Shown here one piece after another: positions 25,503 to 38,884 of a DNA stretch of 64,000 nucleotides. Under the pieces are notes generated by a model. It made no database searches. It saw only the letters and a list, made by a program, of their open reading frames with translations, and was not told where the DNA came from. Numbering within the stretch: the first letter of the stretch is position 1; every line of letters starts with the position of its first letter. The DNA lies in the NCBI GenBank assembly GCA_964035545.1, contig OZ037766.1, positions 7,926,722 through 7,990,721 on the forward strand, written 5' to 3'. Origin of the DNA: Bugula neritina (Eukaryota; Animalia; Bryozoa). A program made the translations under genes and the position numbers.

Positions 25503-28500
25503 AGAAAAAAAATTATTCAAGCTTTTAACAAGAATCACTTAAATTTATACTGCTTAAGCGAACTGATTTATAAGCAATTTTAGTGCATCTTTAGTAGGTT
25601 TTTAATTTTAAAACATAATATATTGCGTTTGGAGGCATGGGTAGCATTATTTTGACAAACACCTAGTACTCTTTGTTAAATATGAAACTATTCCATATTA
25701 ACTGCATGTTAAGGCATTGAGGTAGATTACAAGCCTACATCAGTGAGTAGACACAACAAACATAGAAGTATGTGCATTATATACATTATTAACATGTGTT
25801 TATGTATAGCATATTTTGTAAGACTGTCGCTATATTTTGATCGATTAGCAATGTAAATCATAGAAACTAATGAATGATAAATTCCTGGCTCCATTCTTAT
25901 CCATGATAAAATATACCATACATTGTATTAAAATAACCTACTCATGACATAATTGCTAGACAACCATTATTAATAATTCAATAGCATCCTTATTTGTAAT
26001 AGAGCAATGCTCTATCACAGACAATTATAGTGCTACGACTTATCTATAAATTAATTGATATATTTGTATAAATTGCTTTACTATTTTCTGACATAGCATC
26101 CACATGGTCTCTAAAATATAGCTGCTACTCTAAAGATGACAGCAATACCTAAGTAATAGTTATAACTTTGACTAGACTACAAACTAAATTTAGCTGGTGA
26201 TGTCACCGGTGCTGTTTAAACTAACTAGGTAATGATCTCAATTAACTGCTGGTTTCAACTGAATGCAAAGCACAAATCAGAATTTTTTGCAGAGTGAACA
26301 TCTAAGACTACGTCTTGCATTGTTTGTTGGATAACTTTTGACTGTTGTAGAAATTGCAGACTTTCTTAGACTTTGATTTATAACATCTATATGAAAATTT
26401 AAATGCCAATTATTAAGAAAATATAACAATTTCTATAACGGTTCCAGTATACTAGGACAAACTTTTTTATTTAAAAATAGCTGAATCAAATAACATAAAT
26501 CAACACAAAACATGGTCCGCGAGTGTAATTATTATAAAAGACACTGAAACAACATGGAGCAATTACTAGCACCAAAACCATTAGCAGATGGACCAAATTT
26601 ACCTGAAGGGTGGAAGACGTTTAAACGTGACTTTGAACTTTTTTTAACCGCCACCGTGAATGACACAGCTGAAAGCAAAGTAAAAACTGCATACCTACTA
26701 AGAACTGCCAAGAGTCTTTCAACTGGACTGACAATGACAAATGACAATGACAAAACTGACTACTACAAAGTGGTGAAGCAATTCGATGACTACTGCAAGC
26801 CAAGAATAATTTTGGTGGCTAAGACTAACTCACTACTGACTTGTAAGCAAGGGAATCGAGCCATTGACAAATTTTTGACTGAACTACATACCATTGCATG
26901 ACTATGTGACTTGAAAGCCATGCACAACCGACTGATACTACAAGCATTTATACTAGGGATTGAAAGTGACAAGATTAGAAAGAAACTGCTTGACTTGACT
27001 GACTCTGACGTTGACAAAGCAATTGAACACTGTAGGTGAGATGAAGCATCAGCAATTGACTACGAGACTATGACCAATAATAACACTTATAGACCCGAAC
27101 AAGTAAACTTGGTAAAACATAGACCTCCGACTCACTAATACCACTCTAACTACACTCGTGATACTGATAAACAGAAAGGACAGCTTTCACACACTTGCTC
27201 TCAGCCCAACATCAGAAGATCAGTTGGTGCTTCTAGGTGTGGAAACTAGTTCTGTTCTAATTTTGTTAAACTGCAAGATGCATATGTTACAGGCATACAT
27301 CCGTTGGTCTGTAAGAGACTCATCCGTCCTTACCAGCTGATGGTATTGCTGTCGAGATTTCATGGGGCCGAGATGTTTCCTGGTGAATATTGTTTTTAGT
27401 TCCCCCAGGTCCCTTTAAAAGAGGAGTTGTCGGTTTAGTCGCCGACGGCCTGACCCATGCAACAGGTAGTACTGGATTACATGGTTATCAATAGCAGGTT
27501 GGCAATCAACCTGACCTGACCTGCAAAGCAGATTCAGGAGAAGTGTAGAGAACAGCACCAGGATCTGTACATGGCCTTCATCGATCTGACAAAAGCTCTT
27601 GATCTTTCTGGACAATACTTGGAAAGATTGGATATGCCCTAAAGTTTGTGACAATGGTCCGTCTCCTTCATGATCAGATGGAAGCATCTGTCCTAATCGA
27701 TGGCCAAAAATCAGAATCTTTTAGGGTGCAAACTGGTGTAAAACAGGGATGTGTTATAGCTCCAATGCTGCTCTCCATCTACTTGTTTGCTGTGCTGTAC
27801 CTTGTAAAACAAAAACTTCCTACAGGCATTGGACTCAACTATCGTATCGGGGACCTGTTTAACTTGCAAAGACTGCGCGCCAAGACACTAACATCAGAGA
27901 CATCAGTCCTTGAGTTGCAGCATGCTGATGACAATGCTCTAGTGGCGGATTCTGAAGAACATCTTCAAGCTGCCATGACTGCATTTGAGAAGGCTTACAA
28001 CTCTTGAACTGAAGCTAAATGCAAAGAAGACACAAGTTATCTGCCAAGAAAGCAATCTGTCATCAAAGGCGGATCTGGGGAGAGAGATTGACCGACGGCT
28101 TCAAGCTTCTAGTATTGCTTACAGCAAGCTGAGGTAGAGAGTTTTTGACAATTCTAACCTGCAGGTAAGCACAAAGCTAAAAGTGTACAAGGCTGTCATC
28201 ATACCAACACTTCTGTATTCATCTGAGACATGGGCTACCTACGGTACTGACATAAAGAAGCTAGAAAATTATCATATGAGGAAATTGCGAGGAATATTGG
28301 ACATCAAATGGACTGACAAGCGCACTAATAACAGCGTATACCAACAAACAAAGATTCCAAGCCTTGAAAGCCTCATCATCAAGAACAGACTTCGTTGGTT
28401 AGGTCATGTAGTGAGAATGAAAGGACACAGACTTCCTAAACAGATCCTTTATGTGGAGCTACAAATAGGTAAAATATTGCAAGGAGGACAAAGGAAGCGC

Positions 28501-31500
28501 TTTAAAGGCTGTCTCAAAGACAGTATGAAGCGCTCTCACATCAGAACAGAGACCTGGGAATGGAATGCCGCAAGGAGGACCAGATGGAGATCTATAGTTC
28601 ATAAAGGCATGCAAATCTTTAAAAAAGAAAAAAATGCGACACCGAGACGACCTTAGAGCTGGCCGCAAGAAGGCTTAGCTCAACAGACACACTGACTGAT
28701 GACCTCAAATGCTTCCGCTGTGACCGCATATGCAGATCACTGATAGGACTCAGAAGTCATCAAGCTACTCAAAAACAGCTGTAGGCAGACATCATACTCT
28801 ACTTAGAGGGATAGCAAAGAGAGAGAGAACATTAAGGTTACTTGGCAATAGGGTGCTGAACATATCTCGGCCGACTTACTCTTAAGAGACTCATTCTTTG
28901 ACTCTCCCAACTATCAACAACTACCAAAACACATCTTCCACATTGACTTTCAAAATAATGATGCTCTTGTTTGTGATGACTTGATTAATAACGTTAGGAC
29001 TGCTACTGCACAAGACAATGAACTTACGACACTGACAAACCTTATTAAACATGACAGGAACATTTCCAACTGCACAACTTATGAAAGGTACAAACACTTT
29101 CAAGATGGACTATCTATTGACAATGGCATTGTTTACAAAGAGCTAAAAGCCATTATTCCAAAGGCACTTCAGAAAAAGTTTCTTCAACTATTTCACACTG
29201 GCCATAATGAGATTAATTCCACACTGAGACGTGCCCATTGTAATGTTGTAGTAATTAGTGAATCAGAACAAGAAACCTGTTTTGTCATCTGTGCTGTTAT
29301 TTTAACCCTGTTGCAAGAGTCGTGTCAGGTCAGCAACAGGATATATGATTTGCTATGTTTATGTACACTTATGAAGTTCAATAATAAATCAGTCTAGATC
29401 TGTGTGACAAACTACAAAGACATTCCCTTGCTGCTCCTATCATATAATAAGCTAACATTAAACCCATCACATGGTGTTTTGGCTTGGTTTGACCAATGAC
29501 ATCAAAAACAATATTGCTAGCTGTCGCCAATGTTAAATGGATGCTTCCTAACAACAGAAAGAAACACTTTTACTCCACACAGTTCCCCAACAACCCGGAC
29601 AAAAGTAGGAACCGACTTATTTGAATACAGCTACACTCATCACCTTACGACTGACTACTTTGAATATAACTGATTGAACAACCAAACAATAGAGACTGTA
29701 ATAAACTCTATAAAGCGCTATTTTGAACGCCTGGGAATGCCCAAACAGGTTCACACTGACAATAGACCACAGTTTACTTCACACCAGTTTTTTACTTTTA
29801 ACCAATCATGGAATTTCAGACACACCACTAGCTCTCCATATCATTCTCAATCTAATGGGAAGGCAGAGTCTGCTGTAAAAATAATTAAACGCATACACCG
29901 CAGATGTGAAGAGCCCGAACTTGATTTGCTGGAACACCTTAGTACCACCAAAAAAAACTTGACTGCCAGTCCAATTCAACAATTTATTGGAAGGCCCACC
30001 GGATAAATTCTACTACAAATCAAGCCAGAAACAAATAATAATCAAGGTTGATGACGGAGCCGCAACGAAAGACTGCAGCAGAGATTTAATGACAACGCAA
30101 GAGATTTGGCAGTGCTAAAAGAAAGGCAACAAGTTTTGGTTCGGGACTGGAGCCAGCACCGAAAAAAATGGCGAGATGCACAAATCAACAAACAATTATT
30201 TAGCAGAGCCTATGCGGTACAGTTCAATAACAATCTCCTACGGAGAAACCGGCGAGATATCAAACCGCTTGTCACGGAGGCAGCGAGTCCTGAGGAGCCG
30301 AAGGATCTTAAGCAAAATACTGGCGGCACTCAGATTGAAACCACCGAGAGTGCCTATTACAGCGACAACTTACGGCGTTCAACCAGAGAACGGAAGCCTC
30401 CTAGTTGGATGGCAGACTATGTGTCCTCTTAGAACATTCATACTTACCTAGCACCTTACTATTCTGTGGGAAATGTTCGATATTTATGTAATCATTTATT
30501 TGTAATGTTATTCTATTAATTTACTAATTTTGTGCATAATCATAATAATCAATTGTTTCACTTATCTTGTAATAATTTTAGTATTATATTGTATTATATA
30601 TTGTGGCAATAAAACACAGCTTCGACCTCTTCCGTTAATCAACTACCTTGAGCACAATCACTCTCTTTAACGACAGCTCAAACAAATAACATAAATCAAC
30701 ACAAAACACATATGTGAAGTGCTTTCAAATTGTCATCCTTTATGCAAGCATGTCCAACTCACCCATAGTGACACCCAACTATTTAGCACAGACTGCACAG
30801 TGTATGACGCAGTATGTAGGCGTTCTACTTACACCAACTTGTCAAAGTAGGACTTGAAGAGTAAAGATTCGTGACCCTGCACTTCTCGGTGCTGGACTGG
30901 TCCATCATTGTGGTATGTGTCGAGCTCGACTGTCTTATAAGCTGCAGTTCCATATTCATCCTGCAGTAGAATAAACAGGCAGAATAAATAAACAAGTCAC
31001 ATTTCATAACGCACCAGCCACCTGCAGTGTTGATAAATGAAAAAAAGAACGAAGTGAAGGTACTGTAAAGGAATGTTGTTTAGAAACTCACTGAAAAACT
31101 AAATAGGCCAGAGCAGAATGACAACCTGTGTTCACTGCATTGGTTTATTACGCCCAGTTTACCGATTTTTAGCCAAGCCTATAGCTTCTTATCTTACACT
31201 AGTAATATTACACAGTGTGTATGTAGGTCATCACAATACAACTTGTATAGGCCATGAAAGTTTCAACAATTAGGTTCCATTACAAATAAAACAGCATAGT
31301 ACGTTGAACTTAATATATTATGAAGTTCAAAGAAATAACTTTAATAAATTGAAATTTGTTGCTGCATGTTTAGCTAGCTAAATTGTTATGCAATACATAA
31401 GCTTGCAGGTTTGAAAATAGTCTATTCAGAGGTTAATTGGAATGAACTACAAGTAAAATCACTGATACAAGTTACTAGTGAGCATAACTTTACAAACCTG

Positions 31501-32541
31501 AGTGCTGTGTTTGCCAATCCAAAAGTGCACATCCCATGCAAGGGCTGGGCTGTTGGGATCAGGCTGGTATGTCTAAATTGGAAGAAAAAATTGGAAATTA
31601 CTGAAGCGCTAAAAGCAGTGCTCAGCAACTGAACCATGGCAAGTTTAACACAAACAAGTTCTAGTTTGCTACTTTACAGAGATAGCCTTTAATGCAGATG
31701 AATATATTACAATAACAAGTGGTTTTTATGACAACTAAAGTCAGTGACACATCGAGGTTTCTAGAATTTGTGACCATAAAATTTTACTTACATGTAAAAT
31801 AATATATGAGTCACCACTGTAGAAGTTTCCATACTCTTCCTTTGGCCAATGCTTTACTTTAAATTTCTAGAAAAAAGGTGCATCATACTGTAACAAAATC
31901 AAGTATGCTTTACATAGCAAAATTTAGTCAATAATATCACATTATTCATCTAAAGCAAATGCTAAGAGTACTATAGTGAAATCAGCACCAGATAATACCT
32001 CAATTCTCCATATCTCAGTGCCAGTCTTTGTACCAGAATTCTCCCAAGCCTTTTCAGTTTCAGCTGATGCCTCTGTAATTCATGCATTTCATGTTTAAAC
32101 TCTCACAAATACTGAACTATGAATCATTAAAATTTAAGTTTGCTAAGAGGATTATGATTGATTGTAAAAAACTAAAATTATGCCATGCAGTCACAAAATA
32201 CATATTCAACAATATCAATACTTTTTATATTTTTCTCCACATCTGAGCCAAACAAGGCCATGTTAGAATCTTTCCAGTCATATTCATTAGCTTTTCTTAA
32301 ACCTGAAATTATAAATAGTGTAATGTATCCACAAAACAAATAACCAATTTAATTAAAATGTGGTTACAGATTACCTACAATACACTTACAGGCTATTTAT
32401 TACTACCACTATTAGGCTACTATTAGTATTATAGACTTAGAGTTAGTGATTTATTTAGTCACTAAACTATTACTCGTGCTATTATCATTATAATTATATT
32501 AAAATATAATAGCTTTTAAACCAGATATACTAACCTGACAT
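20710..32541 (-). CDS. Gelsolin-like protein, paralog 2 (internal exons intact; terminal exon A interrupted by a MITE, terminal exon B intact)
   Basis: Same exon structure as paralog 1; ATG at 32541; internal exons open with GT-AG sites; exon B 20805-20710 encodes [31 protein letters not shown]. Confidence 0.88.
21318..21775. mobile_element. 458-bp non-autonomous DNA transposon, Merlin-like (GG termini, 8-bp TSD)
   Basis: TIRs GGTGTCATCCCAGATAGAC / GTCTAACTGGGATGAAACC; TSD GATCAGCA at 21310-21317 and 21776-21783; empty site in paralog 1 at ~12334. Superfamily is inferred from termini and TSD length only. Confidence 0.85.
22271..22739. mobile_element. 469-bp MITE with TAGA..TCTA termini
   Basis: Imperfect ~60-bp TIRs (CCCCTTACAATTAAGAGTTGTG / CACAACTCTTAATTGTAAAGGGG), internal palindrome ~22370-22430, absent from the paralog 1 intron. 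Confidence 0.75.
23048..23254 (+). mobile_element. tRNA-derived SINE, copy 2
   Basis: Homologous to copy 1; TSD TATCTAGAGAA; empty site in paralog 1 at ~13135. Confidence 0.92.
25456..25500. repeat. (TA)n microsatellite
   Basis: Read directly. Confidence 0.95.
27419..28828 (+). mobile_element. Truncated, internally deleted RTE-clade LINE nested in the Gypsy element
   Basis: [68 protein letters not shown]-terminal CxxC..H remnant and (GA)n tail at ~28817-28828. Confidence 0.88.
29239..29462 (+). mobile_element. 224-bp solo LTR of a second family inserted in the Gypsy integrase zinc finger
   Basis: Ends TGTAATGTT..AACATTAAA (one mismatch from a perfect inverted repeat); 5-bp TSD CCCAT (29234-29238 / 29463-29467); internal AATAAA; removal restores the integrase frame. 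Confidence 0.8.
30474..30708 (+). repeat. 3' LTR of the Gypsy element (235 bp)
   Basis: TG..CA ends, preceded by GTGGGAAA, AATAAA at ~30608; host intron homology resumes just after it. Confidence 0.75.
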
Positions 32542-33771
32542 GTTGAAGAGGGTTAGTATTACTGTCAATGTAAGCTACTGGGGTATTTTGCGACCGAGCA
32601 GCGAGTGAATGCTTACTTGGAGTAGAGAGGCACGAGTACAAGGGTTGTGTATGCAGCCGATATGAATGTCACGTGATTTTTACTTGTTCACGTTCTTGAG
32701 TTTTATTGGTTATACTTATAATACGGCCACCTTAAAGCCATTACAGCAAGCTCTACTATGCATAGATCTGTCCATAGTCTGTTGTACATGTAATGTGTAT
32801 ACTGTGAGCTGTTGATCAGCAGTTACAATTGTATTAATATCACTTGAGGAAAAAATAAGGAGGCAAAGCAATTGAAAATCCAAGTTGCTAATATATATCT
32901 CCATCATTTAAATAAGTTTCTGAGGAATACACAGTCACACAATGGTGGGATAAAGTCAGTCACCAAAGTAGTGTTGCTGTGAAATAATATTCAGATCATG
33001 ATGGAATTATTTATATAGAAACATAGTGGTAATTGCTAAAAGCAGTCAATACATTCAAGTATGACTGGAGTAGTACTACGATATTATAGTGCAACACAGT
33101 GACACCAGCAGTAAAAGTAGTAGCAGCAGTAATAGCAGCAGCAGCAGTAGCGGCAGCAGCAGTAACGATAGTAGCAGCACCAGTAGTAGCAGTGATGGCA
33201 GTATATAGAAGTATAATAGAAGTAGAAGTATAATAAAAGTAGTCATAGTAATAGCTGATGGTAGTGCCCATACTGATAACAACAATATTTATGCCAGTGG
33301 CAGCAGTAACAATATTGGCAGCAGTAATAGACTTTTAGTAGTACAACTAGTGTGGTCAATAATGGCCATCTAATTTGCAAACCCTTAATATCAAACCATT
33401 ATAAACTAATATAAAGTAATAAACTTAACTATAAACTAAATATAAAGTAATAAAAGGAGTAAAGATATTGGTAACACAGTATATTATTTTCCTATTGAAA
33501 ATTTACAGAGCATGTAACATGAGATCAACAAATTGATAACAGAAAACGCTGATTTGGACGGGCGAAACATAAAACTTTTTCAAAAACTCTTCAAAACTAT
33601 AAATAAAAAAAGGAATAAGACTACAACTATACACGTTATAAAAGAGAAGGTGTGTACATTAAATACCTTTGCCAATAGTCATCAGCATAACTATGTTTAA
33701 ATTACAATGTAAGAAAAGTGGAAGAAATACAGAAATATTTTCAATACACAATCTATATGTCCTGTGATATA

Positions 33772-36700
33772 TTAAATATCAACATTGACATTTCTGGGCC
33801 CAACCACGCCATGCAGTAAAATAGATGCAAATGCACTGAATGCTTCTTTCAGTTGCTCAATATTTTTTATAGATGAGCCATATTCCACGACACTGTCTTC
33901 ATAAAATTCTCTAACATTCCATAACTCAGCTACCTGTAAGAATAATACACTAGTAATTCAAATCCTAACAAGCAATTGCAATATTATATGTACGTGTATA
34001 AAAAATAAATGGCTGTGACTTGCGGTTTGGCTATGCATTAATGCATGAATTAGTACAAACAAATTCGATTTGAATGCAATAGAGGGGTTTCAGACATCCC
34101 TCCAGAGGAATTTGTATTTTAAAGTTGTCTCCCCCTACAGGTATTAGGGGCAGTCTCAATGATATATAGAAGGCCCATAAAATAAGTAGAGATGTATGGT
34201 TTGAGTGAAGACTACTACTAGTATAAGTTTCATTTTTTCTGAGATTAATATTTTGGCATAGGTACACATATGAGCAGTTTCAGAAATTTTTTAAAAAAAT
34301 TTGTTAATGATAAATGGCACAAAAAGAAAACTTCAAAGCATATTTGTGGTTTTGGTTATTGAGCAAATCTGAAGCTGGCAGCTGTCATTATTATTTGCTT
34401 TGCTGACTGTAACCAGTCTGGTTAGAGCTGCTAACCTTTCAACTCTTAGAACAATAATAACATGCTCGTACACTATATAGCTGCACTAGTGGGCTCTGTC
34501 TTACTGAACTCCAGATGCTCCAAATTATGGGTTGGAACACATGCCTGTACGTTTATGAAGGCACTGGCTCATTTGTATTAACATGTTCACGTACTTACAC
34601 ACCTATACTATGAAAATAACTAAGCCACCCTACTATCTAATATTTCTATATATCAAAAAAATTATTATAAATATAAAGATATGTATTAAAATAGATAGAT
34701 TAAATTTGTAATTCCAAACAACATCTTATCTAAAAATGCCAAACACTGTATAACTATATATATTTCTTACAAGCATTTGTTTACATGGCATGCCTGCAAG
34801 TCAATAAAAATATTTAGAGAACAGTAAAAAGAAGCATATAAATTTCAGAATAGTTTCTTCTTTTCTAAGATGAATATTTTGGAAATGTCCCACAATTCAA
34901 CATTTAAATTAAGTCTGTAAAAGAAATTTTCACAGTGTATTTTCAATGAGTAATTATTCTTGCAAGCTGGTTTGTGTTTGTTCTGGCATGCCATTTTACA
35001 GTGGTCTAGTTAACTAGGTCAAAGTTCATTGAGGTGGAATTGTTTTATTAACCTCCTTGTGTTGATAAAATACTATCATTGGATTTAGAGCTTCTCTAAG
35101 CAACTTCACAGTTTGATTAAATATCTGCGATACCTGCCTATTAGACAATCCAAACCTAAAAAATAATATACTAAATCTTTGTATTACATGTATGGATGAA
35201 AAATAATGCAACAAATTGGCTAAAGCATGTTCAAGTTATAATGTGAAAAACTCAAAATATAAATGAGTCAAACTAGAGCTATAGTCAAGTGTGTGGTGTT
35301 TTTGGCCGATTTATATGTGTTGTTTAATCAGCTTATTATGTAGTGATGTAATCCTATATAATGTAATTTAAGTTAGACAGCTAAAGTTGGACAGTTCTCA
35401 TCGTGCACTTTCTTGAATAAGCAGTTATGTAATATAGAGAGACAGCTACTCAACAGAGAGCTTCAAGCAAACAAAATTCTTGCAACGAGGTTGATTGAAT
35501 ACAAAACAGCTGCTGTTATTCTTATAGCAGCATGCATTGTATAAGAGATAGCCTGATGGTTCACATAGTTTACACACAGTGACATACCACTGAAAATTAT
35601 TAGAAACCACAGAAAAGATATAAAGGAGAGAATGCTGGCACAAAGGAAGTATAGCAATGCCGTCAAATATATGGCTGAAAACTGACCTAGAGATAAATAA
35701 GTACAAAATGTACATAATATAGCTAAATCAGTAAAGCTAAATGATTTGATATAAAAAGTATTATCTGGGAATTTAGTGAAACTTAGTAGCATTATTTAGA
35801 ACTCCACCTTTGAGCAAGATCCGTATGGAGTAAAGCCAATCTTAATTTTATTAGTGTCATAAGAATGCAGTCATTATGACATAGTTCGTTCTTTCTATAC
35901 TTTACAGCTGGTACTAAATGTACATTTCAACTTTTTTTTGAAAACAAAATAAGTTGCTTTGGCTGAAAAGTGCTTTTTTTTGATGATTTTTTTTCTGCAA
36001 TGCAGCAGTATACAATTTACAATGCTCCAAAAACATTTCTTTATTAGGAATGTTGGTATACAAACAGCTTGCAAGAATAGTTATTTATTGAAAATACACT
36101 GTGAAATTTTTTTTTACAGACTTAATTTAAATGTTGAATTGTGGGACATTTCCAAAATATTCATCTCAGAAAAGAAGAAACTATTCTGAAATTTATATGC
36201 TTCTTTTTACTGTTCTCTAAATATTTTCATTGACTTGCAGGCATGCCATGTAAACAAATGCTTTTAAAAAGTATATATAGTTATACAGTGTTTGGCATTT
36301 TTAGATAAGATGTTGTTTGAAATTACAAACTTAATCTATCTATTTTAATACATATCTTTATATTTATAATAATTTTTTTGATATATAGAAATATTAGATA
36401 GTAGGGTGGCTTAGTTATTTTCATAGTATAGGTGTGTAAGTACGTGAACATGTTAATACAAATGAGCCAGTGCCTTCATAAACGTACAGACATGTGTTCC
36501 AACCCATAATTTGGAGCATCTGGAGTTCAGTAAGACAGAGCCCACTAGTGCAGCTATATAGTGTACGAGCATGTTATTATTGTTCTAAGAGTTGAAAGGT
36601 TAGCAGCTCTAACCAGACTGGTTACAGTCAGCAAAGCAAATAATAATGACAGCTGCCAGCTTCAGATTTGCTCAATAACCAAAACCACAAATATGCTTTG

Positions 36701-38065
36701 AAGTTTTCTTTTTGTGCCATTTATCATTAACAAAATTTTTTAAAAAATTTCTGAAACTGCTCATATGTGTACCTATGCCAAAATATTAATCTCAGAAAAA
36801 ATGAAACTTATACTAGTAGTAGTCTTCACTCAAACCATACATTTCTACTTATTTTATGGGCCTTCTATATATCATTGAGACTGCCCCTAATACCTGTAGG
36901 GGAAGACAACTTTAAAATACAAATTCCTCTGGAGGGATGTCTGAAACCCCTCTATTAGGTTGTTATACTTTACATAAAATTACTAAAAACTATCGCGTAT
37001 AACCTGAATATTCAGTGTAAAAACTTTAACACCAATGTTTTCATATAATTTTATCTAGTAAAACTTGCAAGTTATTTGTGAGCTATTGATTACTTTAGCG
37101 CTCAACAAATTATGCCAAGTAAAACTCTGCTGCAGATTTCACCTCTGAAGCAGATCTGGCATTCTCCATGTCCTGATGAGTCACTAGTAAGAGAATAGGC
37201 AAATCGCACAGTTGTGGATCTTTTAGCGCGTCAAACATAGCAGCACGGGCTGTCTCTAACTCTTGCTCATTGGTTGTACCATCCACCATAAAGATCACAC
37301 CTTGTGCACCTCCGTAGTAATGTCGCCAATACTTTCTTATTTTCTCTGAGCCTACAGCATATAGCAACCATTACACCAACACCACAGGTGCTAAATAGAT
37401 TTCTGTTGTTCAAACAACAACAAATTTCACCAATTACTAATTTTAGCCTCCTAAAGATTGAAAAAATTTGCAAACCAAATTTTTCCTGAATTGCTCACCG
37501 ATTGAATGGTGATTAAATATTTTATTTTGCATTTTAATGAGAATAATTTTAAAGAACTTGAAAAAAAATTGAAAATGAATAATGTCTTAACACGATACCT
37601 CCTATTTCTTTAACATTTAGAATGCAATCACTGAGGATAACATCTTTAACATGGAAGCCATTGGTAGACTGGATTTCGTTTATTGGTTCTCCAGCTATGA
37701 GAGCTAAAGCTGTACTTTTACCGCTACCACTTAGGCCAATGCAAACTACTTGCTTTTCTCTCTTTGGTGCAGGAGGCTGGCGTCCTCGTATCCGATTGCA
37801 AAACTATAGAATAAAAAACAAGAATCAAAAAGCGTCTACCACATAAAAAGCTATCAAAGTACAGCAGAAAAAATTTACAGTAACAAATCAAAAATTATTA
37901 TTCAAGTAAAAATATACACTTCGGTTTACTTAAGCAGTTTATATTAAACAAATATGTGATATATATAAAAATATACAGGCAGTTTATTTGTCTCATTTAG
38001 AAGAGTTAACTTACTCGGTATATCAGTATCCGACAGGCAGCACAAGCTAACCTAATGTTATCCAT
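33772..38065 (-). CDS. ARL15: ADP-ribosylation factor-like GTPase 15
   Basis: Exons 38065-38015, 37803-37599, 37351-37143, 33933-33772; VVCIGLSGSGKS, LNVKEIGGSEKIRKYWRHYYGGAQGVIF, PQLCDLPILLLVTHQD match the ARL15 pattern (E-x-GG switch II, HQD G4). Confidence 0.9.
34078..36956. mobile_element. 2.9-kb foldback-type non-autonomous DNA element with ~895-bp TIRs in ARL15 intron 3
   Basis: 34078-~34975 is the near-perfect reverse complement of ~36060-36956; ~1.08-kb spacer without recognisable transposase; ends TAGAGGGG..CCCCTCTA. Confidence 0.88.
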
Positions 38066-38884
38066 AAGAAGGCATTCAGTAAGACAAGCAGCTTTAGTCT
38101 AAAATAGAATAAATGTTCATAATAATGTTATATTTTATATTAAATTATTTTCATAAAGGAATAGCAAATCTTTGTAGCTTTAATTTACTTCTTTAGGCTT
38201 GGGAATTCTTTAAAATATACTGATTTTATATCTTAACTAGCATAATATATATGATTCAAAAACTCTCTCACGACAATTAGCTAAGCACTACGTTCCAAGT
38301 TTTGACTTGCACAACTATCAGTAGGACTAACATAGAGGCTGTTAGTGTTGCTCACACTGCTAGTGACACTCACTTTTACTATTCATATTTTATCAGAATT
38401 GAGATAATCATTTATTTTTAACATCAAGTGCAGTTGATGTAATAATTTTTAAAATTAATGTGCTAATAACAATAGTAATAGTAATATTAACATTATAATT
38501 ATATTTATTATAAAACTTACAATTGTATTGTAAATGACACTATGACTAGGAGGATCACTATCCTCCCAGTCATACTGTCACTGATACTTATAGTGATAAT
38601 CTTAGTATACGTCATACTGAGACTGATAATGATACTCATAGTCATACTGATACTCATACTCATACTGATACTGTTAGTGATTTACAATTCAAGTTGCTTA
38701 CAGTTACTCAACTACGCTTATTACTTATTAATTTTAAGCAGGCGCTGAACATTTAGTGATGACAATTCAGTAAAAAGAAATTTACAATTTTACAACCAAT
38801 TAATTCAATTTCAAATTATGTTATTTGTATAGTGATACTGAGTCTGATAGTCATTTTAATTTTTCAATTTGAGGGATAAATGTT

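Larger units (their letters stand above)
26487..30708 (+). mobile_element. Degenerate Ty3/Gypsy LTR retrotransposon in intron 6 of gelsolin paralog 2
   Basis: 26-bp 5' LTR remnant (26487-26512) identical to the 3' LTR end (30683-30708); TGG-starting PBS at 26513; gag-like remnant from 26554; RNase H end (~28830-28890) precedes integrase (HHCC; [22 protein letters not shown]); purine tract then TG..CA LTR 30474-30708. Stops and frameshifts; PR/RT missing. Confidence 0.88.
11617..32761 (-). repeat. Tandem segmental duplication of the whole gelsolin-like gene (units ~11617-20488 and ~20576-32761)
   Basis: Colinear homology across 3' flank, exons, introns and promoter; copy 2 is longer because of insertions. 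Confidence 0.9.

Noticed and set aside
26513-26526. Assigning the Gypsy PBS to a specific tRNA
   Set aside because: TGGTCCGCGAG only loosely resembles a tRNA-Tyr PBS; too degenerate to call.
27295-27335. Hammerhead-like motif on the minus strand (CGGATGA-GTCT-loop-AGAC-CAAC)
   Set aside because: Both catalytic core boxes are mismatched and no stem I can form.
34031-36958. Paired near-identical ORFs 34031-34267 (-) and 36767-36958 (+), and the spacer ORFs
   Set aside because: Consequence of the inverted repeat; no transposase motif.
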